Position numbers and translations under genes: made by a program
Assembly: GCA_945903275.1 (NCBI GenBank)
Contig: CAMDNW010000002.1
Location: forward strand, 75,829-139,828
DNA length: 64,000 nt
Origin: Thermoflexus hugenholtzii JAD2
GTDB lineage: Bacteria; Chloroflexota; Dehalococcoidia; UBA2979
Direction of reading: 5' to 3'
Notes under the pieces: model-generated
What the model was told of the DNA's origin: nothing
The model's input: only the letters and a program-made list of their open reading frames with translations
Database searches by the model: none
Shown here: positions 32,282-41,522 of the stretch, one piece after another
How positions within the stretch are numbered: the first letter of the stretch is position 1
Layout of the letters: every line of letters starts with the position of its first letter

Positions 32282-32469
32282 TACGCCTCTCTTGGCCGTG
32301 ACCGGTACTTCGGACTCGGACATCCTCGGCCGCGCGCCTGCGGCGCTTGGCCTCGGATGGGGACACGTCCGCTGGTATTCGAGGGCCTCCACTTGCCAGT
32401 TTCTTGTGGAGAAGACCCACACACACTCCGATCCGGAACACTGTGGTCACACAGCACACCTCGATCAAC

Positions 32470-33111
32470 ATGAATAAACCGATGAACGACACATCTCCGG
32501 AGTCACCCCCACCACCTGAATCTGAGGGGGCCGACGCCCAAAAGGCCCGCCTCGATGCGGAGGGGGCTGGAACGGATCCTCTATCACCAGAGGGGACTGA
32601 GCAGCAGGCACTCGACCCCGACCGCGTGGCGGTGGGGCGGATCAATACGACGTGGGGGCTGAAGGGCCATGTGAAGGTAACGCCGTTCACGGGGAATCCG
32701 GGGCGGTTTCGGGTGGGGGCGGTGTTGTTGGTGCGGGGGGAGCCTCGGAAGATTCTTGAGGTGAACACCTCGCAGGGGTATCCGATCGTGCGGTTCGATG
32801 GGTACACGGACGAGACCACGTCGAAGGTGTTGCGGGGGACGACGATCGAGATTGCGGCGGAGGAGCTGCCGCCGTTGCCGCCGGGTGAGTACTACGTACA
32901 CGACCTCGAAGGGCTGGATGTGGTGACGCGTGAGGGCGAGCGCATCGGGACGCTGGCGCAGGTGCTGACGACGGGCGCGAATGATGTGTACCTGGTGCGG
33001 CGCGCGGGGAAACCGGACGCGCTGATTCCGGCGATTGCGGATGTGGTGCTGGACGTGGACATAGCAGCGCGGCGGATGCGGATCGAGGCCATGCCGGGGC
33101 TGCTGGATTAG
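32470..33111 (+). CDS. rimM: ribosome maturation factor RimM
   Basis: VAVGRINTTWGLKGHVKV N-terminal beta-barrel and a PRC C-domain. ATG 32470 was chosen; the six-frame ORF opens at 32347, so the start is uncertain. Either start gives an acidic, Pro-rich N-extension. Confidence 0.85.
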   Translation: MNKPMNDTSPESPPPPESEGADAQKARLDAEGAGTDPLSPEGTEQQALDPDRVAVGRINTTWGLKGHVKVTPFTGNPGRFRVGAVLLVRGEPRKILEVNTSQGYPIVRFDGYTDETTSKVLRGTTIEIAAEELPPLPPGEYYVHDLEGLDVVTREGERIGTLAQVLTTGANDVYLVRRAGKPDALIPAIADVVLDVDIAARRMRIEAMPGLLD

Positions 33112-33185
33112 ACGCGCACGGGGCGCCCTATAGGGCGTTCGCGCGCAAGGGAATGACGCCGATATACTCGGTGCCTGCCCACGGT

Positions 33186-33261
33186 GGGGGTGTAGCTCAG
33201 TTGGGAGAGCGCTGCATTCGCATTGCAGAGGTCAGGGGTTCGAATCCCCTCACCTCCACCA
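33186..33261 (+). tRNA. tRNA-Ala(CGC)
   Basis: Acceptor GGGGGUG/CACCUCC with the G3:U70 Ala identity pair, anticodon loop UUCGCAU, T-loop TTCGAAT, encoded CCA. Confidence 0.85.
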
Positions 33262-33363
33262 AATTTCACAGCACGCTTTGACATTCATTGACCTCTGCTG
33301 ATTGATTCGCCTCGGTCGCCATGTGGCGGCGAGGTTTCTCCACACCTGACGTGAGCGGCTAGA

Positions 33364-34770
33364 ATGCGGCGCGGATGGCGCGGCCGCGAGCAGCGGCGCG
33401 CACATGCGAGGCCCATCGTGACGACATCGGCGGCACCAGTACCACCGGCACCTGAGCAGCGGACGGCGGCGGATTTGCCGTTGCCGGCGTCGCTGTTTGG
33501 GCGGGCGGTGTTTTATGGGTGGTACATCGTGGCGGCGGGGCTGGTGGCTTCGGCGCTGTCTTCGGGGATCCAAGCGTACGGCCTCGGGACGTTCATCCGG
33601 CCGATGACGGAGGAGTTGGGCTGGTCGCGGACGGACATCTCGCTGGGGCAGACGCTCTCGACGGCGGTGGGCGGGATCATCGGGCTGTTCATCGGGGGAC
33701 TGATCGACCGGCGGGGCGGGCGGATGCTGATGATCGTGGGCGCGATCATCGGAGGCGCGGGGTTCGTGGGCCTCGGGTTCGTGCAGACGCTGTGGCAGTA
33801 CTACCTGGTGAAGGCTGTGATCCTCACGATCGGCATGGCGGGGATGGGGCCGATGATCGTGAACGTCGCGATCTCGAACTGGTTCGTGCGGCGGCGCGGG
33901 CGCGCGATCGCGATCTCGGCGATGGGGATATCGGTAGGGGCGTTTGTGGTGCCGTCACTGGCGGCGTGGCTGATCGGACAGTTCGGGTGGCGCATCGCGT
34001 GGATGGTGTTTGGCGTGGCGGTGTGGGTGGTGATCATCCCGGTCGCGGCGGTGGTGATGCGGCGGCGGCCGGAGGACTTCGGCCTCGAACCCGATGACGG
34101 GTGGGTGTCGTCGCGGGCGGTGAGCGCGCTCGACCAGCGGCGGGCGGATGCGGACGCGCTGGAGTGGACGCGGCGGGAGGCGATGCGGACGCCGACGCTG
34201 TGGCTGTTGATCCTCACGTTCGGCCTGGCTGGCATGGGCGTGGGGGCGCTGTTGCTGCACCTGATCGCGTACCTCACGGACATCGGCTTCTCGACGGCTG
34301 AGGCAGCGTTCGCGTTTAGCATGATCGGGCTGTCGGGACTGATCTCGAAGCCGTTCTGGGGGCTGCTCGTGGAGCGGGTAGCGACTCGGTTTGTGGCAGC
34401 TGCGGAGTTCGTGCTGCTGGGGGTGGGGATCCTGCTGGTGATGATGGCACCGGGGCTGTGGCTGACAGCAGCGGCGATCTTCATCTTTGGGGTGGGCGTG
34501 GGCGGGACGCTGACGGTGCAGGAGACGGTGTGGGCGGACTACTACGGACGGAAGACGCTGGGGACGGTGCGAAGCATCGGGCGGCCGTTCACGATCGTGT
34601 CCAGCGCAGGCGGGCCGGTATTGGCGGGGATGGCGTACGACCTCGGCGGGTCGTACGAGGTGGCGTTCAGCGTGTTCGTGGTGGCGTACCTGGGGGCGGC
34701 GGCGCTGATCTTGTTCACGCCGGAGCCTCGGCATCCGGGGCGGGCCTCGGTGAGAGCGGCGAGCACGTGA
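33364..34770 (+). CDS. MFS transporter
   Basis: ~12 predicted TM helices with the MFS motif-A-like loop GGLIDRRGGRMLM after TM2. Confidence 0.8.
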   Translation: MRRGWRGREQRRAHARPIVTTSAAPVPPAPEQRTAADLPLPASLFGRAVFYGWYIVAAGLVASALSSGIQAYGLGTFIRPMTEELGWSRTDISLGQTLSTAVGGIIGLFIGGLIDRRGGRMLMIVGAIIGGAGFVGLGFVQTLWQYYLVKAVILTIGMAGMGPMIVNVAISNWFVRRRGRAIAISAMGISVGAFVVPSLAAWLIGQFGWRIAWMVFGVAVWVVIIPVAAVVMRRRPEDFGLEPDDGWVSSRAVSALDQRRADADALEWTRREAMRTPTLWLLILTFGLAGMGVGALLLHLIAYLTDIGFSTAEAAFAFSMIGLSGLISKPFWGLLVERVATRFVAAAEFVLLGVGILLVMMAPGLWLTAAAIFIFGVGVGGTLTVQETVWADYYGRKTLGTVRSIGRPFTIVSSAGGPVLAGMAYDLGGSYEVAFSVFVVAYLGAAALILFTPEPRHPGRASVRAAST

Positions 34771-34813
34771 GGTGGATACATGTAGCACATTTGGTGCTAC
34801 ATGTATCCACCTC
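34769..34813. promoter_or_regulatory. perfect 45-bp palindrome (20-bp arms, 5-nt centre): candidate toxin-antitoxin operator and/or terminator of the MFS gene
   Basis: gaggtggatacatgtagcac atttg gtgctacatgtatccacctc, read directly. It overlaps the MFS stop codon and the 5' end of the antitoxin reading frame. Confidence 0.6.
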
Positions 34814-35100
34814 GTATTCAGTATCGGTATCCGGAAACTGCGGCAGAACGCCAGCAAATACCTTCGCCGCGTCAAGGCGGGCGAGACGATCACGATCACC
34901 GACCGAGGTGAGCCAGTCGCAGAGATTCGGCCGTGAAGCCGACTAGATCGGTGGTTGCCCGGCTGATCGCGGAGAGGCGTGCGACGCCGCCGACGATGGA
35001 CATTCGGGAGACACTTGCGAAACACCCACCTGCGCAGCTGCGACCGGGAGAGCGGTCACTCAGCGAGCTATTGATGGAGATGCGTGACGAGGATTCCTGA
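34772..35100 (+). pseudogene. Phd/YefM-type (VapB-like) antitoxin, apparently frameshifted, start obscured
   Basis: Frame 2 reads ...IRKLRQNASKYLRRVKAGETITITDRGEPVAEIRP then stop at 34934 (the Phd/YefM N-terminal fold). Frame 1 continues VKPTRSVVARLIAERRATPP...LSELLMEMRDEDS, stopping 6 nt before vapC. Joining them needs a 1-nt (G) indel at ~34933. The only in-frame start is GTG 34772, inside the palindrome. Confidence 0.55.
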
Positions 35101-35106
35101 TAAATC

Positions 35107-35493
35107 GTGTTCTACGCAGACTCATCAGCATTGACCAAACTCGTAGTACCAGAATCGGAATCAGATGCGCTCCGCGCATACAACGGCGACGACCACACCG
35201 TTGCATCCTCCCTATTGTCGATCACGGAACTGCTGCGAGCGGCGTACCGAACGAACACTGAACTCGACGGACAGGCACGGCGGGTACTCGCATCACTGCT
35301 GCTCATTGATATAGATCGAGCGGTACTGAAATCTGCAGCAACCCTTGCATCGCCAGCGTTGAGGACGCTCGACGCGATTCACGTCACGACGGCACTGACG
35401 CTGGGTAGAGACCTCGACGCGGTGCTCACGTACGACACTCGGATGAGCAAAGCAGCACGAAGTACGGGCTTCCGCGTGAAGGCTCCGGTGTAG
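35107..35493 (+). CDS. vapC: PIN-domain ribonuclease toxin
   Basis: MFYADSSAL (D5), SITELLRA (E), LRTLDAIHVTTAL (D) and LTYDTRM (D) cover the four PIN acidic residues. GTG start sits 6 nt after the antitoxin stop. Confidence 0.75.
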   Translation: MFYADSSALTKLVVPESESDALRAYNGDDHTVASSLLSITELLRAAYRTNTELDGQARRVLASLLLIDIDRAVLKSAATLASPALRTLDAIHVTTALTLGRDLDAVLTYDTRMSKAARSTGFRVKAPV

Positions 35494-35500
35494 AGCAGCC

Positions 35501-36607
35501 CTAGACCTGCACGGCCACGGTGCGGCCTTCGCGCGAGGAGCGCTCGATGGCATCGATGAGGCGGTGGCGGGTGACGGCGAGGGCGAAGTCCGGCGCGGCG
35601 GAGGGCTGGCCTTCCCACGCGTCGGCGATACCGGCGTAGGCCTGGGCGACGTTGCGCGGCGGGCCGCTCGGGGTGCCCTCGGGGACGAGGGTGTACTTGT
35701 CGGGCACCGTGAGTTCGGCGGCGGCCTCGCGGCCCTGCGCGCCGAAGATACGGTTCGGCCCGGTGGAGAGCGCGCCAGCGGAGGCGAGCAACAGGGTGCC
35801 TTTGTGACCGTAGATTTCTAGGCGGCTGCCGGTAGGACTGACCGGGACGGCGGCGACCTGAATGGCGACCTCAGCACCGCTCACGAGGCGTCCAGCGATG
35901 GCGATGCTGTCGGGCGCGTCGACGGGGACGGACTGGTTGTTATCGGTATCGAGCCACTCGGTGACGCGCGTGGTGACGCGTGCGGAGACCTCGGCAAACT
36001 CGCCGAGGATGGTGCAGAGCGCATCGATGCCGTGGCCGCCGGAGATGGTGAGCGTATTCGCGCCGTTCTTGCGCTCGCGCTGCCAGAGGCGGCCGGCAGC
36101 GCGCTCATACGATGCGCCGGACATGACGCTCAGGTTCGCGGAGAGCACCTCGCCGAGGTAGCCATCGGCGACGAGGTCGTGGGCGTAGCGGATCGCGGGG
36201 TCACTGCGGCCCTGGAGGCCGACGATGGTGCGGAGCCCCTGCTCGCGGGCGAGCGCGGCCATCTCCTCGGCCTCGGCGAGGTTGGCGCCGAGGGGCCACT
36301 CACAGAAGACGGGCTTGCCAGCGCGCAGACCGGCCATGACAAGGTCGCGGTGCCACGGGACGCGCACGCAGACGACGACCATATCGACCTCTGGGTGGGC
36401 GACCATGTCCTCGATGTTGTGAAAGGCGAGTTCCGCGCCGAAGGCGGCGGCAGAGGCCTGCGCGGTCTCGGCGTGGGCGGTGCAGACGGCTTTGACCTCG
36501 AAGTCCGGGAGGGCCTTGAGCGCGGGGACGTGGGCGTTGGCGCCCCAGCCACTGCCACCGGGCGTGACGGTGGCACCAACAATCCCGACCCGAATCTTGT
36601 CCGCCAT
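35501..36607 (-). CDS. Gfo/Idh/MocA-family NAD(P)-dependent oxidoreductase
   Basis: IRVGIVG...GANAHVPAL Rossmann N-terminus and the EWP (EKP-like) motif VFCEWPLG. Confidence 0.8.
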   Translation of the reverse strand: MADKIRVGIVGATVTPGGSGWGANAHVPALKALPDFEVKAVCTAHAETAQASAAAFGAELAFHNIEDMVAHPEVDMVVVCVRVPWHRDLVMAGLRAGKPVFCEWPLGANLAEAEEMAALAREQGLRTIVGLQGRSDPAIRYAHDLVADGYLGEVLSANLSVMSGASYERAAGRLWQRERKNGANTLTISGGHGIDALCTILGEFAEVSARVTTRVTEWLDTDNNQSVPVDAPDSIAIAGRLVSGAEVAIQVAAVPVSPTGSRLEIYGHKGTLLLASAGALSTGPNRIFGAQGREAAAELTVPDKYTLVPEGTPSGPPRNVAQAYAGIADAWEGQPSAAPDFALAVTRHRLIDAIERSSREGRTVAVQV

Positions 36608-36697
36608 CGCTCGATCCCTTCGCGCGCCTCGTGAGTTGCTGAGGGAGTATACGGGGTGGGGGCGGGAAGTCCGGAAGGGCGGGGATGATTGTTTGCG

Positions 36698-36716
36698 ACA
36701 TCCGGCTGCCGGATGT
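36698..36716. promoter_or_regulatory. 19-bp perfect palindrome ACATCCGGCTGCCGGATGT upstream of the Gfo/Idh/MocA gene
   Basis: Read directly, ~90 bp 5' of the minus-strand start at 36607. Candidate operator. Confidence 0.25.
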
Positions 36717-37111
36717 GCCGGCGGTGGTGGCGGCGGTGGAGTGGGTGCCGGCGGCGTTCGCGGCTGCGTTATACCCGGAGCTCGTCGCGGACATCAAGCT
36801 TTAGACCGTCCAGCTAGTCGACATCGACACGATTGAACTCGGATCCTTCCTCCCAGATCACCACAACCCGATGCGATCGCAGGGGGTTGCGTCAGGACTG
36901 AGGGTCGGCTGGGCAGGGTAGCCTCGTTCGGCTGAGACGAGGAGCCCCGTGAGCTGCCCGAACTGCAACTCGAAGCCGCCGCTAAGATGGATGCGTTCCT
37001 CGCCGTGCGGAACCAGTGAGTACCGAGATGGGTACACAAGCCCTACAGGTAGCGGACAACAGGAGGTGCGGGCTACGAATGCCCTTATTCAGTAGCGTTC
37101 TTTCAGTTCGT

Positions 37112-37186
37112 GCCCTCGTAGCTCAGGGGATAGAGCATCGGTTTCCTAAACCGTGCGCGCAGGTTCGAGTCCTGCCGGGGGCACCA
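37112..37186 (+). tRNA. tRNA-Arg(CCT)
   Basis: Acceptor GCCCUCG/CGGGGGC, anticodon loop UUCCUAA, 4-nt variable loop, T-loop TTCGAGT, encoded CCA. Confidence 0.8.
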
Positions 37187-37423
37187 CGAAGGCTGTGAGT
37201 GGGGCAAGAGGCGCGGCATGACTCGATGGCTGGGGCGGCGGCGGGTGGCATCGAGGGGGCGCTGGTGCTGATGGCGCTGGTGTTCGCGGCAGGGTGTTCA
37301 GAGGTGTGCGAGACGGACACGGAGCGGGCAACGCGCCAGTTCGGCGGGCAGATGCAGCACATGATAGGAAGCGCGACCGTTGGGCTATCGACGCCGCGCC
37401 CGGTGACGTCGGTGAGTGCCCTG

Positions 37424-37684
37424 TCAACCTTTGGCCTGGTCGGCGGCGATGCGTCGGCTGATCTGGGCTTGGTAGCCGTCCAGGATCGCGCTGAGGATGC
37501 TTTCTCTGCCCATGGCGGCGACGGCGAGCGGGCCGAACTGCGTAACCATAGACACGAAGTCATCGGGAGTGAGCGGGGAGGTGAGAAGCGCGGCAGTCAA
37601 GGCTGAGGCGGTACTGACATGGGTGTACCCGCACCCACCATGCTCGGCGACCACGAACCACAGCGAAGTGACAGTAGTGGCCAC
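37424..37684 (-). CDS. hypothetical small ORF (doubtful)
   Basis: 86-aa ORF in the otherwise unassigned 650 bp between tRNA-Arg(CCT) and pepP. No motif recognised, and other ORFs overlap it. Confidence 0.2.
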   Translation of the reverse strand: MATTVTSLWFVVAEHGGCGYTHVSTASALTAALLTSPLTPDDFVSMVTQFGPLAVAAMGRESILSAILDGYQAQISRRIAADQAKG

Positions 37685-37839
37685 ACTTCATGAGGGCTTC
37701 GGACACGCGCCAACGATCACGACGATCTGCACCTATGCCGGGTCAGGAACCGGGCGCGGACCGGCCTGTCAGCAGGCGCGGTAGGCGCCCTCGACGCGAG
37801 TCTCGACGCAATGCGCTGGATATGTGAGGCTGCACGGCT

Positions 37840-39258
37840 ATGAGCACTACACGCACCCGACGCCGTCCTACTGCCGCTACTTCTACTGCCCGTGCAGCCT
37901 CGAAGACTGCGCGACCGGCACGCGGCACCGCGCCCGCCGCGGCCTCGCCGTTTGCGAAGCGGCGGGAGGCGCTGATGCGGCTGCTGATGCGTGATGCGGC
38001 GGCGAGCGGGGGGCCGGTGGCGGCGGTGTTCGCCTCGGGGCACGAGGCGAACCGGAACGGGGACGTGGACTACGAATTCCGGCAGCCCTCGACGTTCTAC
38101 TACCTGACGGGATTCGAAGAGCCGGAGGCGGTGGCGGTGCTGCGGCCGGGGCACAAGGAACCGTTCGTGCTGCTAGTACGGCCACACGATCCACAGATGG
38201 CGATCTGGGTGGGGACACGCGCGGGCATCGAAGGCGCGGTGCAGCGGTACGGCGCGTCCGCGTCGCATGCGATCGACGAGTTGGACGAGCAGTTGCCGAA
38301 GTTGCTGGCGGGGATGCGCACGGTCTACTTCTCGCTGGGGGCCGACGAGCGCATCGAGAAGTTAGTGTCGCGCTCGGTGGCGCAGAGCCGGGGAGCCGGG
38401 CAGCGTGGCGGCGTGGCGATCGAGCGGGTGGCGGACCCATTCCCATTCGTCTCGCAATTGCGCGTGATTAAGACGGCGGAGGAGATCGCGACGTTGCAGA
38501 GCGCGATCGACATCACCGGCGCGGGCATCGAAGCGACGATGCGTGCGACGAAGCCGGGGATGCACGAGTACGAGTTGCAGGCGATCCTGGAAGCCGAGTA
38601 CCGGCGGCTAGGGTCGCCGCGCAATGGGTTCCCCTCGATTGTCGCGACAGGGGCGAACGCGTGCACGCTGCACTACACAAGCAACCGCGCGCGGGTGGAG
38701 CATAACGACCTCGTGTTGCTGGATACCGGCGCGGAAGTGGACTACTACGGCGCGGACGTCTCACGCACGTATCCGGCGAGCGGGCGGTTCACGCCGGAGC
38801 AGCGGGCGGTGTACGACGTGGTGCACGAGGCGCAACGGCAGGCAATGGCAATCATCGCGCCGGGGGTGCGCTTCATAGAAGTACACGACCGAGCGGTGAA
38901 GGTGCTCGTCGATGGCCTGCGGCACCTCGGAGTGCTGGATGGTCGGACGGCGAAGTTGACGAAGGACGGGGCGTACCGGCCGTACTACATGCACGCGACG
39001 AGCCACTGGCTGGGCATGGATGTCCACGATGTGGGCGCGTACCGCGAAGGCGGGGCATCAGTGGCGTTGCGGCCGGGGATGGTGCTGACGGTGGAGCCGG
39101 GGCTGTACATCGCGCCGGACTCGGATACGCCTCGTGCGTTGCGCGGGATCGGCGTGCGCATCGAGGACGACGTGCTGGTGACGCGGGACGGGCACCGGAA
39201 CCTATCGGTGGGGATCACCTCGGACGCGGACGAGTTAGAGGCGATCGTCCGGGGGTAG
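37840..39258 (+). CDS. pepP: Xaa-Pro aminopeptidase (M24B)
   Basis: N-domain FYYLTGFEEPEAVAVL, then the pita-bread metal ligands HYTSN...DTGAEVDYYGADVSRT...HWLGMDVHD...E. N-terminal ~35 aa are R/T/A-rich. Confidence 0.88.
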   Translation: MSTTRTRRRPTAATSTARAASKTARPARGTAPAAASPFAKRREALMRLLMRDAAASGGPVAAVFASGHEANRNGDVDYEFRQPSTFYYLTGFEEPEAVAVLRPGHKEPFVLLVRPHDPQMAIWVGTRAGIEGAVQRYGASASHAIDELDEQLPKLLAGMRTVYFSLGADERIEKLVSRSVAQSRGAGQRGGVAIERVADPFPFVSQLRVIKTAEEIATLQSAIDITGAGIEATMRATKPGMHEYELQAILEAEYRRLGSPRNGFPSIVATGANACTLHYTSNRARVEHNDLVLLDTGAEVDYYGADVSRTYPASGRFTPEQRAVYDVVHEAQRQAMAIIAPGVRFIEVHDRAVKVLVDGLRHLGVLDGRTAKLTKDGAYRPYYMHATSHWLGMDVHDVGAYREGGASVALRPGMVLTVEPGLYIAPDSDTPRALRGIGVRIEDDVLVTRDGHRNLSVGITSDADELEAIVRG

Positions 39259-39364
39259 TACGCCGACGCTGACGTGCGGGTGAGCACCTGCCGAGCGGAG
39301 ACCACGACCGTCGTGCAGCGCCGCTGTATAACGCACGGACAGTGGGCATCCGACCCGACTACTG

Positions 39365-41473
39365 GTGTTGCGCCGAGGTTGTTCAATGCCCGACAAGTAC
39401 GGATCGCGGTCTGGTTCAGAGATCACCGAGATCGCCTCGGGCACTGCGCGTGCATGGATAGCCACGCGGGCGGGCGCGGTAGTCGTGGTGCCCGTATTCA
39501 ATGAGCGCGAGAGCGTGCACACGGTGCTCGACGACATCGTGCGGTGGGGCGCGGGGACGATCCTGATCGTGGACGACGGATCGACGGACGGGTCGGCGGG
39601 TATCCTAGATGACTGGGCGGCGGGGAAGCCGGGCGTGCGGGTGCTGCACCTGCCGGAGAACCACGGCAAGTCGGCCGCGCTGCGGGCGGCGTGGGGGCAG
39701 TTGCGAGATGACCTCGATCGCGACGCGGTGAGCACGGAGACAGCCGTCATCACCATCGACGCTGATGGACAGCACGACCTCACGGCGTTGGGCGCGCTGG
39801 TGGCGCGCCTCGATGACCTCGGGGCCGACGCGGTGATCGCGCGGCGGGATATGAGGTACCACGGGCGATACAAGCGGGCGGGCAACTGGGTGATGACCGC
39901 GCTTGGCAGCCTATGCGGCGGCACGCGGTTGCATGACATCGAAAGCGGCTACCGCGTAGTGCGACTGGGGCCGCTGCTGCACGCGCACGAGTTCTACAAG
40001 GGGCGTCGGTACAGCGAAGCGGCGGAGCAGGTGGTCGTACTAGGACGCCTTGGCTACCGCGTGGACAACGAGTACATGGTGCAGGTGCCGGTGGAGCGCT
40101 CGCGGACGCGGCTGCGCGACGCGGTGAACCATGCGGTGTCGATGTGCGCAGCATGGTATCGGGTGCTGTGCTGGCGCGAGACGCCTCGGGAGCAGCGGTC
40201 GAGCCTCGGCGCGTGGTCAGCGGCGCTACTACTGGGGTCGTTCGTGGGGCTGCTGGCGGTGATGCTGACGCATCGCGTGTACCTGGGGAACGACAGCGCA
40301 CAGTCGTACGCGCATGTATGGCACATCGCGCGATCGCTGTTCGGGGGGGAGGGGTTGCCACTACACATGGCGAGCCTCGAATCTGGGCGGGCGTTCACCT
40401 TCCCGTACGCGGCGATCCCGTGGCTACCGACGGCGCTGGTGTACCCGGTGTTGGGCGACTGGGCGGTGACAGCGAGCATGGTGCTCGGCGTGGTGCTGCT
40501 TGCGGTAGGTATCTGGCGATGGCTACCGCGCACGGCAAACCCGCTGATGACAGCGCTGTTCCTGCTCAACCCGCAGTTGTGGATGGGGGTCGCGCAGTTC
40601 CAGTTGCCGACGGTGTGGGCGTTCGCTTTCGTATGCTTCTCAGCAGCGGCGTTCGACCGGGAGCAGCCGCGCCGAGGAACGGCGCTGGCGGTCGCGGCGC
40701 TGGTCGCGCATCCGCTCATGGGTGCGACGGGGCTGCTCCTGACCGTGCTCCTACACATCGGAGAGCGGCGGCGGGCGCCAGTGCTGCGGGTCGCGCTGCT
40801 GGGGCTGGCGGCTGTGATCACAGCGCCCGCAGTGTGGATATTCGCCTCGATGCCGTTGGTGGAGCAGGTGGGATATAGCGCACTGCTCGTGCCGTTGCAG
40901 GCGACGCTGACACGACTGAGCATGCTGTGGTGGCCGTGGCTGGTGCAGCGCTTCGGTGCGTGGTCGCTGCGCGTCCACGCGCCGCTGTTGTTGATCGGGC
41001 TGGTGTTCGTCGCGCATAACGCGAGCATCCGTCACCCGCATAACCTGTGGGATTACACCCAGCCGAGGTTCGCGGACTATATCGAGGCTGGACAGGTCGA
41101 CACCGGCACTCGCTACCGGGTGCTAACGATGACCGAGCATGAAGATGGCATGGTTCAGTTGATCCGCGCAGGTGGGACGCTCGCACACGAGTTCTTCGAC
41201 GAAAGCATCAAGCGTGACTCATTCAGGACGACCGAGAATTACCGCTGTTTCCTAGGGCTGAAGCGAACGACGCACGTGCTCGTGAGCGCGGAGTGGCAAC
41301 GGCGGGGCTACACAGACGAGTTGCGGCTGCTCGACCAGATGGTGGAAGACAGCTACGCGACGTTGGCGTTCCGCGGGCTAGCGGGGACGCTGGACTACAA
41401 GCTTCAGGGCAACGCACCGTTATCCTGCCCGGGCGTCGCATTCCCCGCCGGCGCGCCGCGAACAGCGCAATGA
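39365..41473 (+). CDS. GT2-family (polyprenyl-phosphate sugar synthase-like, DPM1/GtrB/ArnC type) glycosyltransferase fused to a ~400-aa polytopic membrane domain and a C-terminal soluble domain
   Basis: The N-terminus shows the GT-A fold with VVVVPVFNE, IVDDGSTDG, DADGQHD (DxD) and the ESGYRVV catalytic-base region. Residues ~270-540 contain ~10 hydrophobic helices, followed by ~160 soluble residues. Confidence 0.8.
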   Translation: MLRRGCSMPDKYGSRSGSEITEIASGTARAWIATRAGAVVVVPVFNERESVHTVLDDIVRWGAGTILIVDDGSTDGSAGILDDWAAGKPGVRVLHLPENHGKSAALRAAWGQLRDDLDRDAVSTETAVITIDADGQHDLTALGALVARLDDLGADAVIARRDMRYHGRYKRAGNWVMTALGSLCGGTRLHDIESGYRVVRLGPLLHAHEFYKGRRYSEAAEQVVVLGRLGYRVDNEYMVQVPVERSRTRLRDAVNHAVSMCAAWYRVLCWRETPREQRSSLGAWSAALLLGSFVGLLAVMLTHRVYLGNDSAQSYAHVWHIARSLFGGEGLPLHMASLESGRAFTFPYAAIPWLPTALVYPVLGDWAVTASMVLGVVLLAVGIWRWLPRTANPLMTALFLLNPQLWMGVAQFQLPTVWAFAFVCFSAAAFDREQPRRGTALAVAALVAHPLMGATGLLLTVLLHIGERRRAPVLRVALLGLAAVITAPAVWIFASMPLVEQVGYSALLVPLQATLTRLSMLWWPWLVQRFGAWSLRVHAPLLLIGLVFVAHNASIRHPHNLWDYTQPRFADYIEAGQVDTGTRYRVLTMTEHEDGMVQLIRAGGTLAHEFFDESIKRDSFRTTENYRCFLGLKRTTHVLVSAEWQRRGYTDELRLLDQMVEDSYATLAFRGLAGTLDYKLQGNAPLSCPGVAFPAGAPRTAQ

Positions 41474-41522
41474 CGGATACGGAGCCGGATGTTGCACGCG
41501 TGTTCAAGGCGCTAGACGCGGA

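Noticed and set aside
34830-34944. Treating the 49-aa frame-2 segment as a complete mini-antitoxin
   Set aside because: It lacks the C-terminal toxin-neutralising half. That half is clearly encoded in the adjacent frame, so a frameshifted full-length gene is the better explanation.
37199-37606. 135-aa plus-strand ORF after tRNA-Arg(CCT)
   Set aside because: Gly/Ala/Arg-rich, no motif, overlaps other frames. It is kept only as part of an unassigned region.
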